NCBI GenBank assembly: GCA_951406725.2
Contig: OX597814.1
Coordinates: forward strand, 169,342,001-169,404,000
Reading direction: 5' to 3'
Origin: Octopus vulgaris
Taxonomy: Eukaryota
Length of the DNA: 62,000 nucleotides
Shown: positions 24,809-37,925 of the stretch, piece by piece
Layout of the letters: each line of letters begins with the position of its first letter
Numbering within the stretch: the stretch's first letter is position 1
The notes under the pieces: generated by a model
What the model saw: only the letters and a program-made list of their open reading frames with translations
What the model was told of the DNA's origin: nothing
Databases searched by the model: none
Made by a program: the position numbers and the translations under genes

Positions 24809-25283
24809 ATTTCTTTATTACCCACAAGGGGCTAAACATAGAAGGGACAAACAAGGACAGACATAGGTATTAAGTCGATTACATCGACCCCAGTGCATAA
24901 CTGGTACTTAATTTATCAACCCCAAAAGGATGAAAGGCAAAGTCAACCTCGGCGAAATTTGAACTCACAACGTAACGACAGACAAAATACGGCTGCGCAT
25001 TTCGCCCGGCGTGCTAACGATTCTGCCAGCTCACCGCCTTGTGATATACCTATTTCTTTACTACCCACGAGGGGCTAAACACAGAGTGGACAAACAAGGA
25101 CAGACGAACGGATTAAGTCGATTACATCGACCCCAGTGCGTAACTGGTACTTAATTTATCGACCCCAAAAGGATGAAAGGCAAAGTCGGCCTCGGCAGAA
25201 TTTGAACTCACAACGTAACGGCAGCCGAAATACCGCAAAGCATTTTGCCCGACGTGCTAATGATTCTGCCAGCTCGCCGCCTC
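24809..25283 (-). mobile_element. Head-to-tail dimer of family-B SINEs
   Basis: Two full copies (24809-25040, 25050-25283); flanking TGATATAC(C/T)GTTTACCT at 24792-24808 and 25291-25307. Confidence 0.92.
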
Positions 25284-25827
25284 TGCCTTCTGATATACTG
25301 TTTACCTGTTTGTCTCCTGCAAGACTGTATGTAGGGCTGCCTTTAAGGACAAAAGAAGACTAAGGAAGACTGTAACACGGATTGGTGCTGAAACTTGAAC
25401 CGAATTTCTTTTGCAGCTGCTGTGACTTGGTTTGCTTATTCTGTATTGGTTTATTTTACCATCCTTGAGCCTGGAGAGTTGAAGCCCAGTGGTGACTAAA
25501 TGGTGAACCCTCATTTGTGAAGCCAAGGAAAGATGATGAGGGTGTTATTTGAAGGAAACTCGGTTGCTATGTCTAGCAGGTTGAAGGACCATGTAGAGGT
25601 TATCTTGTTAGGTAGAGCATATGAAATAATGGGAAGGGGGAATGTATTAGACAATGTAGTCCTAAATATACTATTTATATATCTGTCTATGCCTGTCTGT
25701 TTATCCATGTACCTGTCTGTCTATCTGTCTGTCCATCCATCTGTTCGTCTGTCCATCTTGCCATCCGTTCATCTGTCCATCCATCCATTTGTCTCTTCTC
25801 TGTGCTAAACTAATTTAAAAAAGAAAA

Positions 25828-26242
25828 GGTGATCTTTCGTCTCTAGTAGACCTTTCCGTCGATTTCCGTAAAAAAATTTCTTTTTTTTTACATATGGGTT
25901 GCGGGAACTTTTGAAGTAATGAGAGCGAAAGAGACTAAGAGAAAGCGATTGTATGACGAGGGAAGTTCTTTTGAAGTTACCGTGCATGGGAGCATTGATG
26001 TGTGTGTGTGTGTTTGATGGGGTGTGGGAGACAGACAGTATGTTGTGTAAGTGAAGTGCTTCTGTTAGTGTGTGTGAAGAGACAGAGTAATGTGTGAAAG
26101 AAAGAGATAACTGAAATTTTTTACTCGGTGTATGTGTATATGTATGTATATTACTTCAAAAGTTCCCGCAAGCCCATATGTAAAAAAAAAAATTTTTTTT
26201 ACGGAAATCGATGGAAAGGTCTACTAGAGACGAAAAATCGCC
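25828..26242. mobile_element. MITE with ~90-bp TIRs and 8-bp TSD (hAT/Merlin/Mutator-like)
   Basis: GG(T/C)GAT(C/T)TTTCGTCTCTAGTAGACCTTTCC TIR; AAAGAAAA at 25820-27 and 26243-50. Confidence 0.88.
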
Positions 26243-26555
26243 AAAGAAAAAAAAGGTTTGACTGATTGATTATATAAAATATCCAAAGCAAAAATTCAAA
26301 AGCCAGCACATGTGAGAAAAAGTATACCACGTCACCTTATATACAAAATTCACCACAATTACGGAGATGTACTTGCATAGCAAGTGACTTGATCTGAGAT
26401 CGTGCGCTGGAACAAAAACAATTGCTGCGTGGAAGTTGTTTATAAGCCATTTAAGAAATACACAAAACCGTTAGATTCACTTCAACATTCAAATTTAATT
26501 TGTCAAAATATTATCGTCGCTTTGAGATCGCGACCTGTTCACTGACAATTTTCTC

Positions 26556-26981
26556 TCTATATATAAACGGCAGTTTGTCTGTCTGTGTGTCTGTGTGGCT
26601 GTCAGGTTGTACCCTCACCCTGACCACGGCTTTCAACTGATTGTGATGAAACTTGACACACACATAGCCCAATGTCATAATTCAAAACTAACGCAGCGAA
26701 AATTTTGAAAAGTTCCCCCAGTTCTGAAAGAAATCGATAAATTCGACATGGGGTCAAGAATCTAAGCTTTTTATATGCAACACATTTTCTGTTGTAGTTT
26801 TCACAACTTGCAATCGGGAGACAGCTAGGAACATCATATACATAGAAGTATTCGAGTTAAGAGAAGACATTGCAACCTACACATGCGCCTTCGTTCCCTA
26901 GAGGGAAAGAACTAGATTGGGATTAGCCGTTGCCTACTAGGGGTTCTTACATACCCGGGCAACGCCGGGCTATGCTGCTAG
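26556..26981 (+). mobile_element. Non-autonomous Helitron
   Basis: 5' TCTATATATAAA + (GTCT) tract; 3' hairpin CCCGG-gcaacg-CCGGG (26954-69) then CTAG|T. Confidence 0.85.
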
Positions 26982-27762
26982 TTTTTTATAAAATATGATA
27001 TCCTGATTTCCTTTCTCCCATCGTTCCGTCTTCTTTTCTTTGTTTGATTCTTTTCTTTTTTCCTTCTCTATTCATTTTCATTTTCTTACTTTTTCTTCCC
27101 TCTTCTTTCCTTCGGTTTTTCTTTCTTTTTCTTTTTTTCTTTTTTTTCATTCTTCCTCCCTGCTCTCTCACTCTTTTCGCTCTCACTTTTTTTTATTTCA
27201 TTTTATTTTACATTCCCTAAATATGTCACAACGTTCAATAGTTAGAATAGTAAACTTATTTGCATAATGGGCCATAATTAAATATTTACAACAAATGAAT
27301 ATAATTGTCTTTACTAAGATTACATAGGTTTCTGAATTTCACAGACGTTATAACGAAAACACAGACTCATTATGTTTTGTGCACTAGTTAACGATAGATC
27401 AATCAAGATAATTGATACTTTGTACTTGAAATGTTTTCTTTAGAAATGGTAAGATGGTCAAAATCTGTGACAGGTGAATGGCAAGCTTAGTAGATCATAA
27501 TGCAAATACCATGTGGTGTTTGGTTATGTTCCTTTGTTTTTTTTTTGTTCAAATCCCACTTAGATTTATTTTTACCCTTCATCCCAATTGAGGTCAATAA
27601 AATAAGTTCCTAGAAACTCACTTTGAAACCATGTGATTTCTGGTTCATTCCCACTGTGTGGTACCTTGGGCTTGTGTCTTCTATGATAGCATCTGATTGA
27701 CCACTGCCATGTGAGTGAATTTTATTGATGGAAACTGTGTGGAAGGCAGGCATACACATACA

Positions 27763-27794
<32 letters not shown>

Positions 27795-28199
27795 CATACA
27801 TGCACACACACATATAGGTGCAGGCATGGCTGTGTGGTAAGAAGCTTGCTTCCCCACCCACATGGTTTCAGGTTCAGTCCCACTGTGTGGCACCTTGGGC
27901 TAGTGTCTTCTACTACTGCTTCAAAGTGGATTTGGTAGACAGAAACTGAAAGAAGCCTATCAGGCTTCTTTCAGTTTCTTAAGACGGCAAGCTGGCAGAA
28001 ACGTTAGTGCGCTGGGTGAAATGCTTAGTGGTATTTTGTCTACCGTTATGTTCTGAGTTCGAATTCAGCTAAGGTTGACTTTGCCTTTCATCCTTTCGGG
28101 GTCGATAAATAAAGAACCAGTTTCACACTGGTTTGTCCCCTCTATGTTTAGCCCCTTGTGGGCAATAAAGAAATAAGAAACTGAAAGTAGCCTGTCTTA

Positions 28200-28640
28200 A
28201 TGTCTGCTTTCCATACGGGCATGGGTTGGATGGTTTGACTGAAAACTGGTAAGCTGCACCACATTTCAAGCTGATTTGGCATAGTTTCTACAGCTGAATG
28301 CCCTTCCTAACACTGACCACTCCAATAATGTAGTGGGTGCTTTTCATATGTCACCACCTCAGTGAGGTTTCCATGTGCCACCAGTTACAAAACACCAGCA
28401 TCAGCTACAACTATGATCTCACTTGGCTTGATAGTCCTTCTCAAGTATGGTATACTGCCAAAGGTCTCTGTTACTTGTCACTGCCTCTGTGAGGCCCAAA
28501 GTTCAAAGGGTTCTTTTTATGTGCCACTAGCATGGGTGCCAGGTACGTAACACTGGCATTGGCCACAACTATGATTTCACTTGTCTTGAGAGGTCTTCTG
28601 AAGCACACCATATCACCCAATGTTCGAAGGGTGCTTTTTA
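28200..28640 (-). mobile_element. RTE LINE 3' end with reiterated ORF-end/UTR module
   Basis: Tail shared with 34480-34680; decayed DLWQYAVLEKT-like block followed by a second partial block. Confidence 0.75.
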
Positions 28641-28646
28641 TATGTG

Positions 28647-28685
<39 letters not shown>

Positions 28686-28949
28686 TTTTGTATACATATA
28701 TCTATGTATCTGTCTTTGTGCCCCCATTATCACTTGACAACCCGTGTTGGTATATTTACATCCCCATAATTTAGCAGTTTGGCAAAAGAGACCAATAGAA
28801 TAAGTACTAGGTTTAAAATGTAATTCATGGGGTCAATTTGTTTGACTAAAACCCTTCAAGGCAGTGCTCCTGCATGGCCACAGTCAAATGACTAAGACAG
28901 CTAAAAGAATAAATGAATAAAAGAATATATATATATATATATGTATATA

Positions 28950-29285
28950 TCATCATCATCATCATCATCGTCATCATCTTATGTCTGTTGTCCATGCTGG
29001 TATGAGCTGGATTGTTCGACTGGGCTGGCATGCTGGAAAGCTGCACCAGGCTCCAGTCAGATTTGGCACGGTTTTCTAAAGCTGGATGCCCTTCCTAACA
29101 CTAGCCACTCCGAGAGTGTAATGGATGTTTTTATGTGCCACTGGCACCGGTGCCATTTACATAACTCTGGCATCTGCCACGACTGCAATTTTGCTCAGTT
29201 TGATGGGTCTTCTTCTCAAGTGCAACATAATACCTAAAGGTCTTGGTCATTGCCCTCCATAAGGCCCAACACTCAAAAGACAGTG
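28950..29285 (-). mobile_element. RTE LINE 3' end
   Basis: Same tail with (ATG)n. Confidence 0.8.
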
Positions 29286-30320
29286 CTGGCTGTCTAATTA
29301 AGACACACTCCTTTTCTCGATTAAAGTGAATGTAAAAATCTACCAAAGGTATCATTTTAGATTGATCTTCCTATTTGTCAACCAACAAGGTATAAGTCTT
29401 AGGATGAAAGGTGGTACCTATGATCCTTACAGGGCCTCCAAGGTTTATGAAAGGGAAGGAGCCAGATATCCTCAAGCATGAACTTCACTAAAGTTTTTCA
29501 AGGTGACAAGTGGTGATTTTAAACCTGGCAATGGATTAAGTTTGTGACCCGAGTAGGCCTTGGTTGGATTAGAACACAGAGCACAAAGAGCTAGAACAAA
29601 TATCAAGGCATCTGGTCCTGAAGTTCTTCAGTTCTGCCATTCTTTTGAAGATGGTGTCCCAGCATGGCTACAGTCCAATGCTTGAAACAAGAAAACGATG
29701 AAAAATAAAACCTTGAATTGTATTTGTAAAAGTCTTCAGCCTATGATACCGCATGCTGCACACTTGTGCACTGCAGCACACTGTTTGAGAACCACTTCTC
29801 TAGACATCCATTGTGGCATGTGCAAGCCTATATTTTCCAGCTGGGGTTTCCCTCAACCTCAAGTTTATCCAACACATCTCTAGAACTTTTGCGAAACAGT
29901 GATAAATAAAGTAATTATATGTAAATGCATTTTGGTATTTAAATCTATATTCATAATTTTATTAAACACACACAGCAGAAGATCTAGATGTAGACCATGA
30001 ACAAGATGGTTGGATAATAACTTAAACTGATGGTGCTTTTTGAGAGGATCTTTTAAAGGCCTTGTTTACAAACTCTGTTCTCACAACCCTCACATGAAAA
30101 AGTGGGTAATGAAGAAGGATAGGTGAATGGACTAGCATGGAATATTCCTGACAGTAAGAAAATCCGGTATTGGTAGATAGTAAGATGACCCTACATGGAA
30201 AATTGCCTCTTGATAGAAAATTGTAAGGAAAATTATTTTAAATAAGTTCTTGAGTGAAGTGAAATTTCTGAAAGCATCTTGGTCATGTCTGATAGATAGA
30301 TTTAGGCTGCTGAACTTTTA

Positions 30321-30540
30321 CCCTTTGGCATTAGGATTCTTCAGTGAAATATAATGCTTATTCATTCACATTGTTTTAAATTAAGCATGCATTATCTTGT
30401 AGCTTCAAGATTTCGATGATATGATTGTTTGTTTTTAGACTGACATTGTAGGGTAGGTATGAGAAGCGAAAGCTGACCAGTTTGAGCATAAAACAGGCAG
30501 AATATTTGGGCCAGATATGGCTAGTTTAAATGCTAAAGAG
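30321..30540. mobile_element. piggyBac-type MITE
   Basis: CCCTTT(G/A)GCATT / AATGCTAAAG(A/G)G, TTAA on the right. Confidence 0.7.
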
Positions 30541-30802
30541 TTAAAGGCGAAAACAGTTTTATGATTCAATATCTCATGAAATTTAAAATTTATGAAAGAG
30601 AAAGAAAGAAAATGATTAATAAAGATATTATAATAATTTTTATCTACGAATCCCTTAAGACATGGTATTGTATTTCAAGGGGTTTCCTAAGACAAAGTAT
30701 GTGGAATGCTGCCTTAGAAGGTGATATCCAAGCTTGGCAATAGTTGTGTGGCTTAAATCTGTAAAAGAGTGTTAATAACTAATAACCCATTTATGTTTGT
30801 AT

Positions 30803-31200
30803 ACTCTTTTACTCTTTTACTTGTTTCAGTCATTTGACTGCGGCCATGCTGGAGCACCGCCTTTAATCGAGCAACTCGACCCCGGGACTTATTCTATTGT
30901 AAGCCCAGTACTTATTCTAGCGGTCTCTTTTGCCGAACCGCTAAGTAATGGGGACGTAAACACACCAGCTTCGCTTGTCAAGCAATGCTAGGGGGACAAA
31001 CACAGACACACAAACACGCATATATATATACATATATACGACGGGCTTCTTTCAGTTTCCGTCTACCAAATCCACTCACAAGGCTTTGGTCGGCCCGAGG
31101 CTATAGTAGAAGACACTTGCCCAAGGTGCCACGTAGTGGGACTGAACCCGGAACCATGTGGTTGGTAAACAAGCTACTTACCACACAGCCACTCCTGCGC
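30803..31200 (-). mobile_element. SINE family A, young copy
   Basis: Near-identical to 930-1313, CpGs intact. Confidence 0.92.
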
Positions 31201-32313
31201 CTATTAATAAAGATATTATAATAATATATATACATTTTTTTCTAAAAAGTAGATTGCCCATGTATTTATTTCAATTAATTTTCAATATAATGAGGAGTTC
31301 GGAAAGGTTAAGTAAAAAAAATATCTGTAATTTTATGTATTGGTTAAATATTGATCTATTGAAATCTCGGGTCATTGTTCCCTTAGTAATGAGATTTTGA
31401 TATTGATTTTAGAATGAATATGGTAACTTGAGTAATAGCTGACTCTGGTGTACTGAAATATACACACACAGCAAGAATGAAAATACTGTTTCAATTATGA
31501 GGTCTAGAAATAAGAATTAACCCTATCATGGTTAAATTGCCAAACTGCAAAAAAAAAAAAAAAAAAAAAAAACCCCAAAAAAACAGAAAATGAAAAAATG
31601 AAAAAATTATAACTGAAAAAGTTTCAATAGCTGTCACATAGTACAATAGCTTGCATGCAATAATGTTGTACAAATGTAAGGAATCCTTAGAGCTCATCTA
31701 AGCTTTCAATTTTGCAATTTTCTTTCCATAATAGCATATTATTTGAAGCGTTAAGAATTATTAACAATTGGTATAGTAGGTCTAAAAAAGGTGTTATTGC
31801 CAGGTATACAATCAAAAGTGTCAGTCTTTGATCATGTGGCAGAAACCGTTATAATTTTCATTTTTTTTTTCTTCATTATAGCACAAGGCTGAGCATTTTT
31901 GTGAAAGGATATACCAAAACCAATGATACAAATCTTCTGTATGGATATTGCAAATCAGAATTACTTGAGTGCTGGAAAAAGTGCTTTGCTGTTATTCTTT
32001 TGGTGTTTTATAAACTGAGTTCAAATCCCACTGACATAAATTCTGCTTTTCATCTTTTTGGGGTCAAAAAAATAAAGTACCAGTTAAGTATTGGGGGTTC
32101 ATGGTACTGACTAGCCCTTCCTCCCTGCAAATTTGTTGCCATCTGCCTATATTAGAAACAACAAAAACAACAACTACTACCACCATCACCACCACCACTA
32201 CCACTGCTGCTGCCACTACCACCACCACCACCACCACTGCCATTGCCACTGCCACTGTTGCTGCTGCTACTACTGCTACCACCACCACCACCACCACCAC
32301 CATATATATATAT

Positions 32314-33292
32314 ATATATATATACATTATGTTTTCGTTTCTCATTGTGTTCAGCATTTTTTTTTTGATGTCCTGTACCCATATATGCATGTATATATAC
32401 ATATAGATGTAGGTATATACATATATGTATCTATATATATGCATATATCTATATATCATTTATATCATTATATGATCGAACACCACGCATCCTTTTCCAA
32501 GTAAGTTTTATCTTAATAATTATGATGCGCACTCTTCTTTACTATTTCTCCGGTCTATCTCTCTCCCTCTCTTGTTCTTCATCCTTTCTGTTTTTCTCTC
32601 CCACCCTTCTCTATTCTTCTCCTCTCCCCTTCACCGTTTCCTCTCTCTTACTCCTCCCCCCGACTCTCTCGTCACTGACACGTGATCAGAGGGAAGCCAT
32701 CTTTCCAACTGCTATCTTCACCAAGACCAGACCGTTTATCCTGTCTCTTATAATAAGCTGTCTCCTCAAGCATTCAGAATAATTTTTCCATCGTCTTGGC
32801 TTAACAGCCCTCATCATTTGTTTTTACCGTGTTATTCTCCTTGTCCTGTCTTTAACTGTTTTTACTTTTATTGTTTTTACTGTCTTGTTTTGTTCTTACT
32901 GTCCTGTTCTTGTTACCACTTTTACCCCTCCGCAAAAAATCCCAAATTTTATTTAATTTGCTTTGCGAGAAGGACTGTTTCAACGAAGTTACGTCTTGTC
33001 CTTACGTGAAGTAGATGAAACAGAGACAACTGAAGAAGGGGAATATTCCTTGTGTTGTATGTCTTGTACTCTGTTTTTTCGTTGTTTGAAAAAGTTTGTT
33101 TCCATGTTTTTGTTTTTATGTTTTCGTTTCTCATTGTGTTCAACGTTTTTTTGATGTCCTGTACCCATATATGCATGTATATATACATATATGTAGGTAT
33201 GTACGTATATGTCTGTATATATGGATATATTATATATTATTTATATTATTATATGATCAAATGCCACGCATCCTTTTCCAAGTAAGTTTTAT
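32314..33292 (+). mobile_element. Two copies of a ~190-bp retroelement-like 3' end (32314-32513, 33113-33292)
   Basis: Both end in CCACGCATCCTTTTCCAAGTAAGTTTTATCT. Confidence 0.65.
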
Positions 33293-34477
33293 CTATATAT
33301 ATATATATGTGTGTGTGTGTACACACACACATGCACACATGCACACACACAAACACATACACACACACTCACACACACATATGTAATTTCTGAAGTAGCC
33401 TGCAGATTTTAACACTTCTACAGTTTAATATCTTATTGACTTTGTTTTCCTTCACTTCTGCTGCTAATATCTCTAGAAAAGACATGCTTGGTAATGCTTT
33501 TCCGGTCTTTCATCTTAGAAGAAGGATACATACTGTCATGTTAACCAGGTAGATTAAAATTGCCATAGAGATTTATCATAACTCATTGAAGTCTTTCCCT
33601 ATTTGAGTGTTAATTCTGCATCTCAATGGGTTATGAACTAATCACAACTTCCATACTTTTGATACTCTTACCAATGAAGAAACTGGTAAAATACTCTCTG
33701 AAGACATTGGAACATTTGATGAATGACTGAGTACTGACTGAAAAATATCTACACATAATAAATACCGTGTTAATGCGTATCTCATCTGAGTTTGCTTTCA
33801 GTAACTCTCATTGTCAGTACTGACTGATGAGAGGTAATCTGCAGAAGATAATTGCATTAGTCATCCATTGATGGATTTGGTGTTATTAAATTAGAAGAAG
33901 TCATAATTGATTCGTCTATCCAAAAACACCTCTGTAGATTTATTCCCCAAAATCATTAGTGGCAAAGTACCAGTGGCATTTCAAAGATTCTTAGTTCTTG
34001 ATAACCCACTTTACCGAACTTTAAATAGGCATCTGTGGAATATGTAGAATTCTCTATTAAGTAGATATTGCTTGCTTTTCAATTAGGTAGAAACACCTAC
34101 TGTGTTGGTGAATAAATAGATGGAACTGCTGTGTTGCCAGAAAAATGAAAATAAAATTAGGCATTGACTGCAGTGAACTTCCAAAATGAGGACATCTGGA
34201 ATAATGGAGGTCCTAAGTTAATGGAAATAGTAGCCAAATTTTCCTCAAATCACATTTTGTTATTGTGAAAAAAGAACGCATTAGATGATGTAGTTCAAGA
34301 TACATTATGTCCGAGGAAGCCATTGGCTACATAATGTCATTATTCTGGATGTCATTATAATAGGAGTGCTAACCTAACAGAAATAGCAGCTAAATTTCCC
34401 TCAAATCACATTCTATTATCGTGGAAACAGAAGACTACATTTGGTGATGTAGCCTAAGAGCTGTAGGTTATTTAAGT

Positions 34478-37400
34478 TCATCATCATCATCATCATCATC
34501 ATTTAACGTCCGCTTTCCATGCTAGCATGGGTTGGACGGTTCAACTGGGGTCTGGGGAGCCCGAAGGCTGCACCAGGCCAGTCAGATCTGGCAGTGTTTC
34601 TACAGCTGGATGCCCTTCCTAACGCCAACCACTCCGAGAGTGTAGTGGGTGATTTTATGTGCCACCGACACAGGTGCCAGACGAGGCTGGCGAACGGCCA
34701 CGCTCGGATGGTGTTTTTATGTGCCACCGACACAGGTGCCAGACGAGGCTGGCGAACGGCCACGATCGGATGGTGTTTCTTACGTGCCCACAGCACGGAG
34801 GCCAGTCGATGCGGTACTGGCTACGGCCACGTTCGGATGGTTTTCTTGTGTGCCACTGGCACTGGTACCACAAAGATACAAATTACATTGATGTTCATCT
34901 ATTTTGATTTGATTTGATTTGATTTTCACTTGCCTCAACAGGTCTTCACAAGTGTCACAAGAAGGAAGGAAGGTATGCACAGGTGAACTGACAACGTCCC
35001 AGGTAGGGGCCACGGGTTATGGCCTGACTAGTCTTGCCGGGTCTTCGGATGATGTTTTTATGTGTCTCCGACACAGGTGCCAGATGGATGGTGTTTGTTA
35101 CGTGCCCACAGCACGGAGGCCAGTCGATGCGGTACTGGCTACGGCCACGTTCGGATGGTTTTCTTGTGTGCCACCGGCACTGGTACCATAAAGATACAAA
35201 TTCCATTGATGTTCATCTATTTTATTTTGATTTTCACTTTCACTTGCCTCAACAGGTCTTCACAAGTGTCACAAGAAGGAAGGTATGCACAGGTGGACTG
35301 ACTACGTCCCAGGTTGGGGCCACGGATTATGGCCTGACTAGTCTTGCCGGGTCTTCGGATGGTGTTTTTATGTGCCACCGACACAGGTGCCTAGTCTTGC
35401 CGGGTCTTCGGATGGTGTTTTTATGTGCCACCGACACAGGTGCCGGATGAGGCTGGCGAACGGCCACGATCGGATGGTGTTTGTTACGTGCCCACAGCAC
35501 GGAGGCCAGTCGATGCAGTACTGGCTACGGCCACGTTCGGATGGTTTTCTTGTGTGCCACCGGCACTGGTACCACAAAGATACAAATTCCATTGATATTC
35601 ATCTATTTCGATTTGTTTTGATTTTTTTGATTTTCACTTGCCTCAACAGGTCTTCACAAGTGTCACAAGAAGGGAGGTATGCACAGGTGAACTGACTACG
35701 TCCCAGGTAGGGGCCACGGGTTATGGCCTGACTAGTCTTGCCGGGTCTTCGGATGGTGTCTTTATGTGCCACCGACACAGGTGCCAGATGAGGCTGGCGA
35801 ACGGCCACGATCGGATGGTGTTTGCTATGTGCCCACAGCACGGAGGCCAGTCGATGCGGTACTGGCTACGGCCACGTTCGGATGGTTTTCTTGTGTGCCA
35901 CCGGCACTGGTAACAAAGATACAAATTCCATTGATGATCATCTATTTTATTTTGATTTTCACTTTCACTTGCCTCAACAGGTCTTCACAAGTGTCACACG
36001 AAGGAAGGTATGCACAGGTGGACTGACTACGTCCCAGGTAGGGGCCACGGGTTATGGCCTGACTACTCTTGCCGGGTCTTCTCATGCACAGCATACTTCC
36101 ATAGGTCTCGGTCTCTAGTCATTTCCTTGGTGAGACCTAAAGTTCGAAGGTCGTGCTTCACCACCTCGTCCCAGGTTTTCCTGGGTCTACCTCTTCCACA
36201 GGTTCCCTCAACTGCTAGTGTGTAGCACTTTTGCACACAACTATCTACAGCCATTCTCATCACATGACCATACCAGCGCAGCCGTCTCTCTTGCACACCA
36301 CAATTGACGCTTCTTAGGTTCAACTTTTCTCTCAAGGTACTTACACTCTGACGATTATGAACACTGACATTACACATCCATCGGAGCATACTGGCTTCAT
36401 TTCTTGCAAACTTACGCATATCCTCAGCAGTCACGGCCCATGTTTCACTACCATGTAGCATGGCTGTACGTACACATGCATCATACAGTCTGCCTTTTAC
36501 TCTGAGCGAGAGGCCTTTTGTCACCAGCAGGGGTAAGAGCTCTCTAAACTTTGCCCAAGCTATTCTTACTCTAGCAGTTACACTTTCAGCACACCCACCC
36601 CCGCTACTGACTTGGTCTCCTAGGTAGCGGAAGCTATCAACTACTTCTAGTTTGTCTCCCTGGAACGTGGTAGAAGTTGGTCTCTGCACATTTCCAGTGT
36701 TTATTGCTCCTGAGCATCTGCCACAGACAAAAACTATTTTCCTAGTTAGCCTTCCTTTGACATTGCTGAACCTCTTATGTGTCCATAGCTTACACTTGGT
36801 GCACCTTATAGAGTTTCTACCTACACCTTTTTTACAGATCGAGCAGGGCCATCTACCTGAAGTCGTTTGTGATTGGTCCACCTTCCTACTTATTAGGACT
36901 TTGGTTTTGGCTAGGTTGATTCTAAGGCCCTTCGATTCTAATCCTTGTTTCCACACCTGAAACTTCTCCTCCAGTTCTGATAGTGACTCAGTAATTAGAG
37001 CAAGGTCGTCAGCATAGAGGAGCTCCCAGGGGCATCCTGTCTTGAATTCCTCCGTTATTGCCTGGAGGACTATGATAAATAGGAGGGGACTGAGGACTGA
37101 ACCTTGGTGGACCCCAACCTCTACCCGGAATTCTTCACTGTACTCGTTGCCAACCCTCACCTTACTAGCAGCGTCTCTGTACATGGCTTGCACAGCTCTC
37201 ACTAACCATTCATCTATCCCTAGTTTTCTCATTGACCACCAGATAAGGGATCGGGGGACCCTGTCAAAGGCTTTCTCCAAGTCAACAAAAGCCAGGTACA
37301 AGGGCTTGTCTTTGGCTAGGTATTTCTCCTGCAGCTGTCTTACCAGGAATATAGCATCAGTAGTACTTTTCCCTGGCACGAACCCAAACTGCATATCATC

Positions 37401-37925
37401 TAAGCTAACACTCTCTCTAATTAGTTGGGCTATAACCCTCTCCGTAACCTTCATTACCTGATCCAGCAGCTTGATGCCTCTGTAGTTATTTGTATCTAGG
37501 GCGTCGCCTTTACCTTTGTAGCAGTTGACTATTATGCTGCTACACCAGTCATTGGGTATGACTCCCTCGTGTATCACCTGGTTAACTATACGGGTGACTA
37601 AGCTATAGCCGACACCACCAGATATTTTGAGCATCTCTGCAGTAATTCCTGATGGGCCTGGGGCTTTCCCTGTTTTCATGCTTCTAATTGCCTTATCTAC
37701 TAAGGAACTGTTAACTCGGATTGCTGGTCCCTCTGTTGGGTCGACATTCGGCAGACTCTCTTTATCCCATTCATTTTCTTCATTCAGCAACCTTTCATAG
37801 TGGCGTCTCCAAGCCTCTCTCTTTGCATCCTCATTTAGTGCAAGTGAACCGTCATCCTTGCGAACACACTTCTCTCCTACCACGTCACAGTTCTCTCTCA
37901 CACACTGTCTTGCAACACGAAATGA
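34478..37925 (-). mobile_element. 5'-truncated RTE-clade LINE, young copy
   Basis: Intact RT ORF, long reiterated 3' region, (ATG)n tail; endonuclease absent; no TSD seen. Confidence 0.95.

Noticed and set aside
32940-33060. Hammerhead motif near CTGAAGAAGGGG / GAAACAGTC
   Set aside because: Core and GAAA half lie on different strands or lack the required spacing
33480-34140. Ser-rich decayed coding-like stretch including AVPSIY (THAP-like)
   Set aside because: All frames are interrupted by stops and no family could be supported
34520-36026. Repeated ~80-140-aa ORFs in the LINE 3' array
   Set aside because: By-products of GC-richer UTR repeats, present in several frames and on both strands
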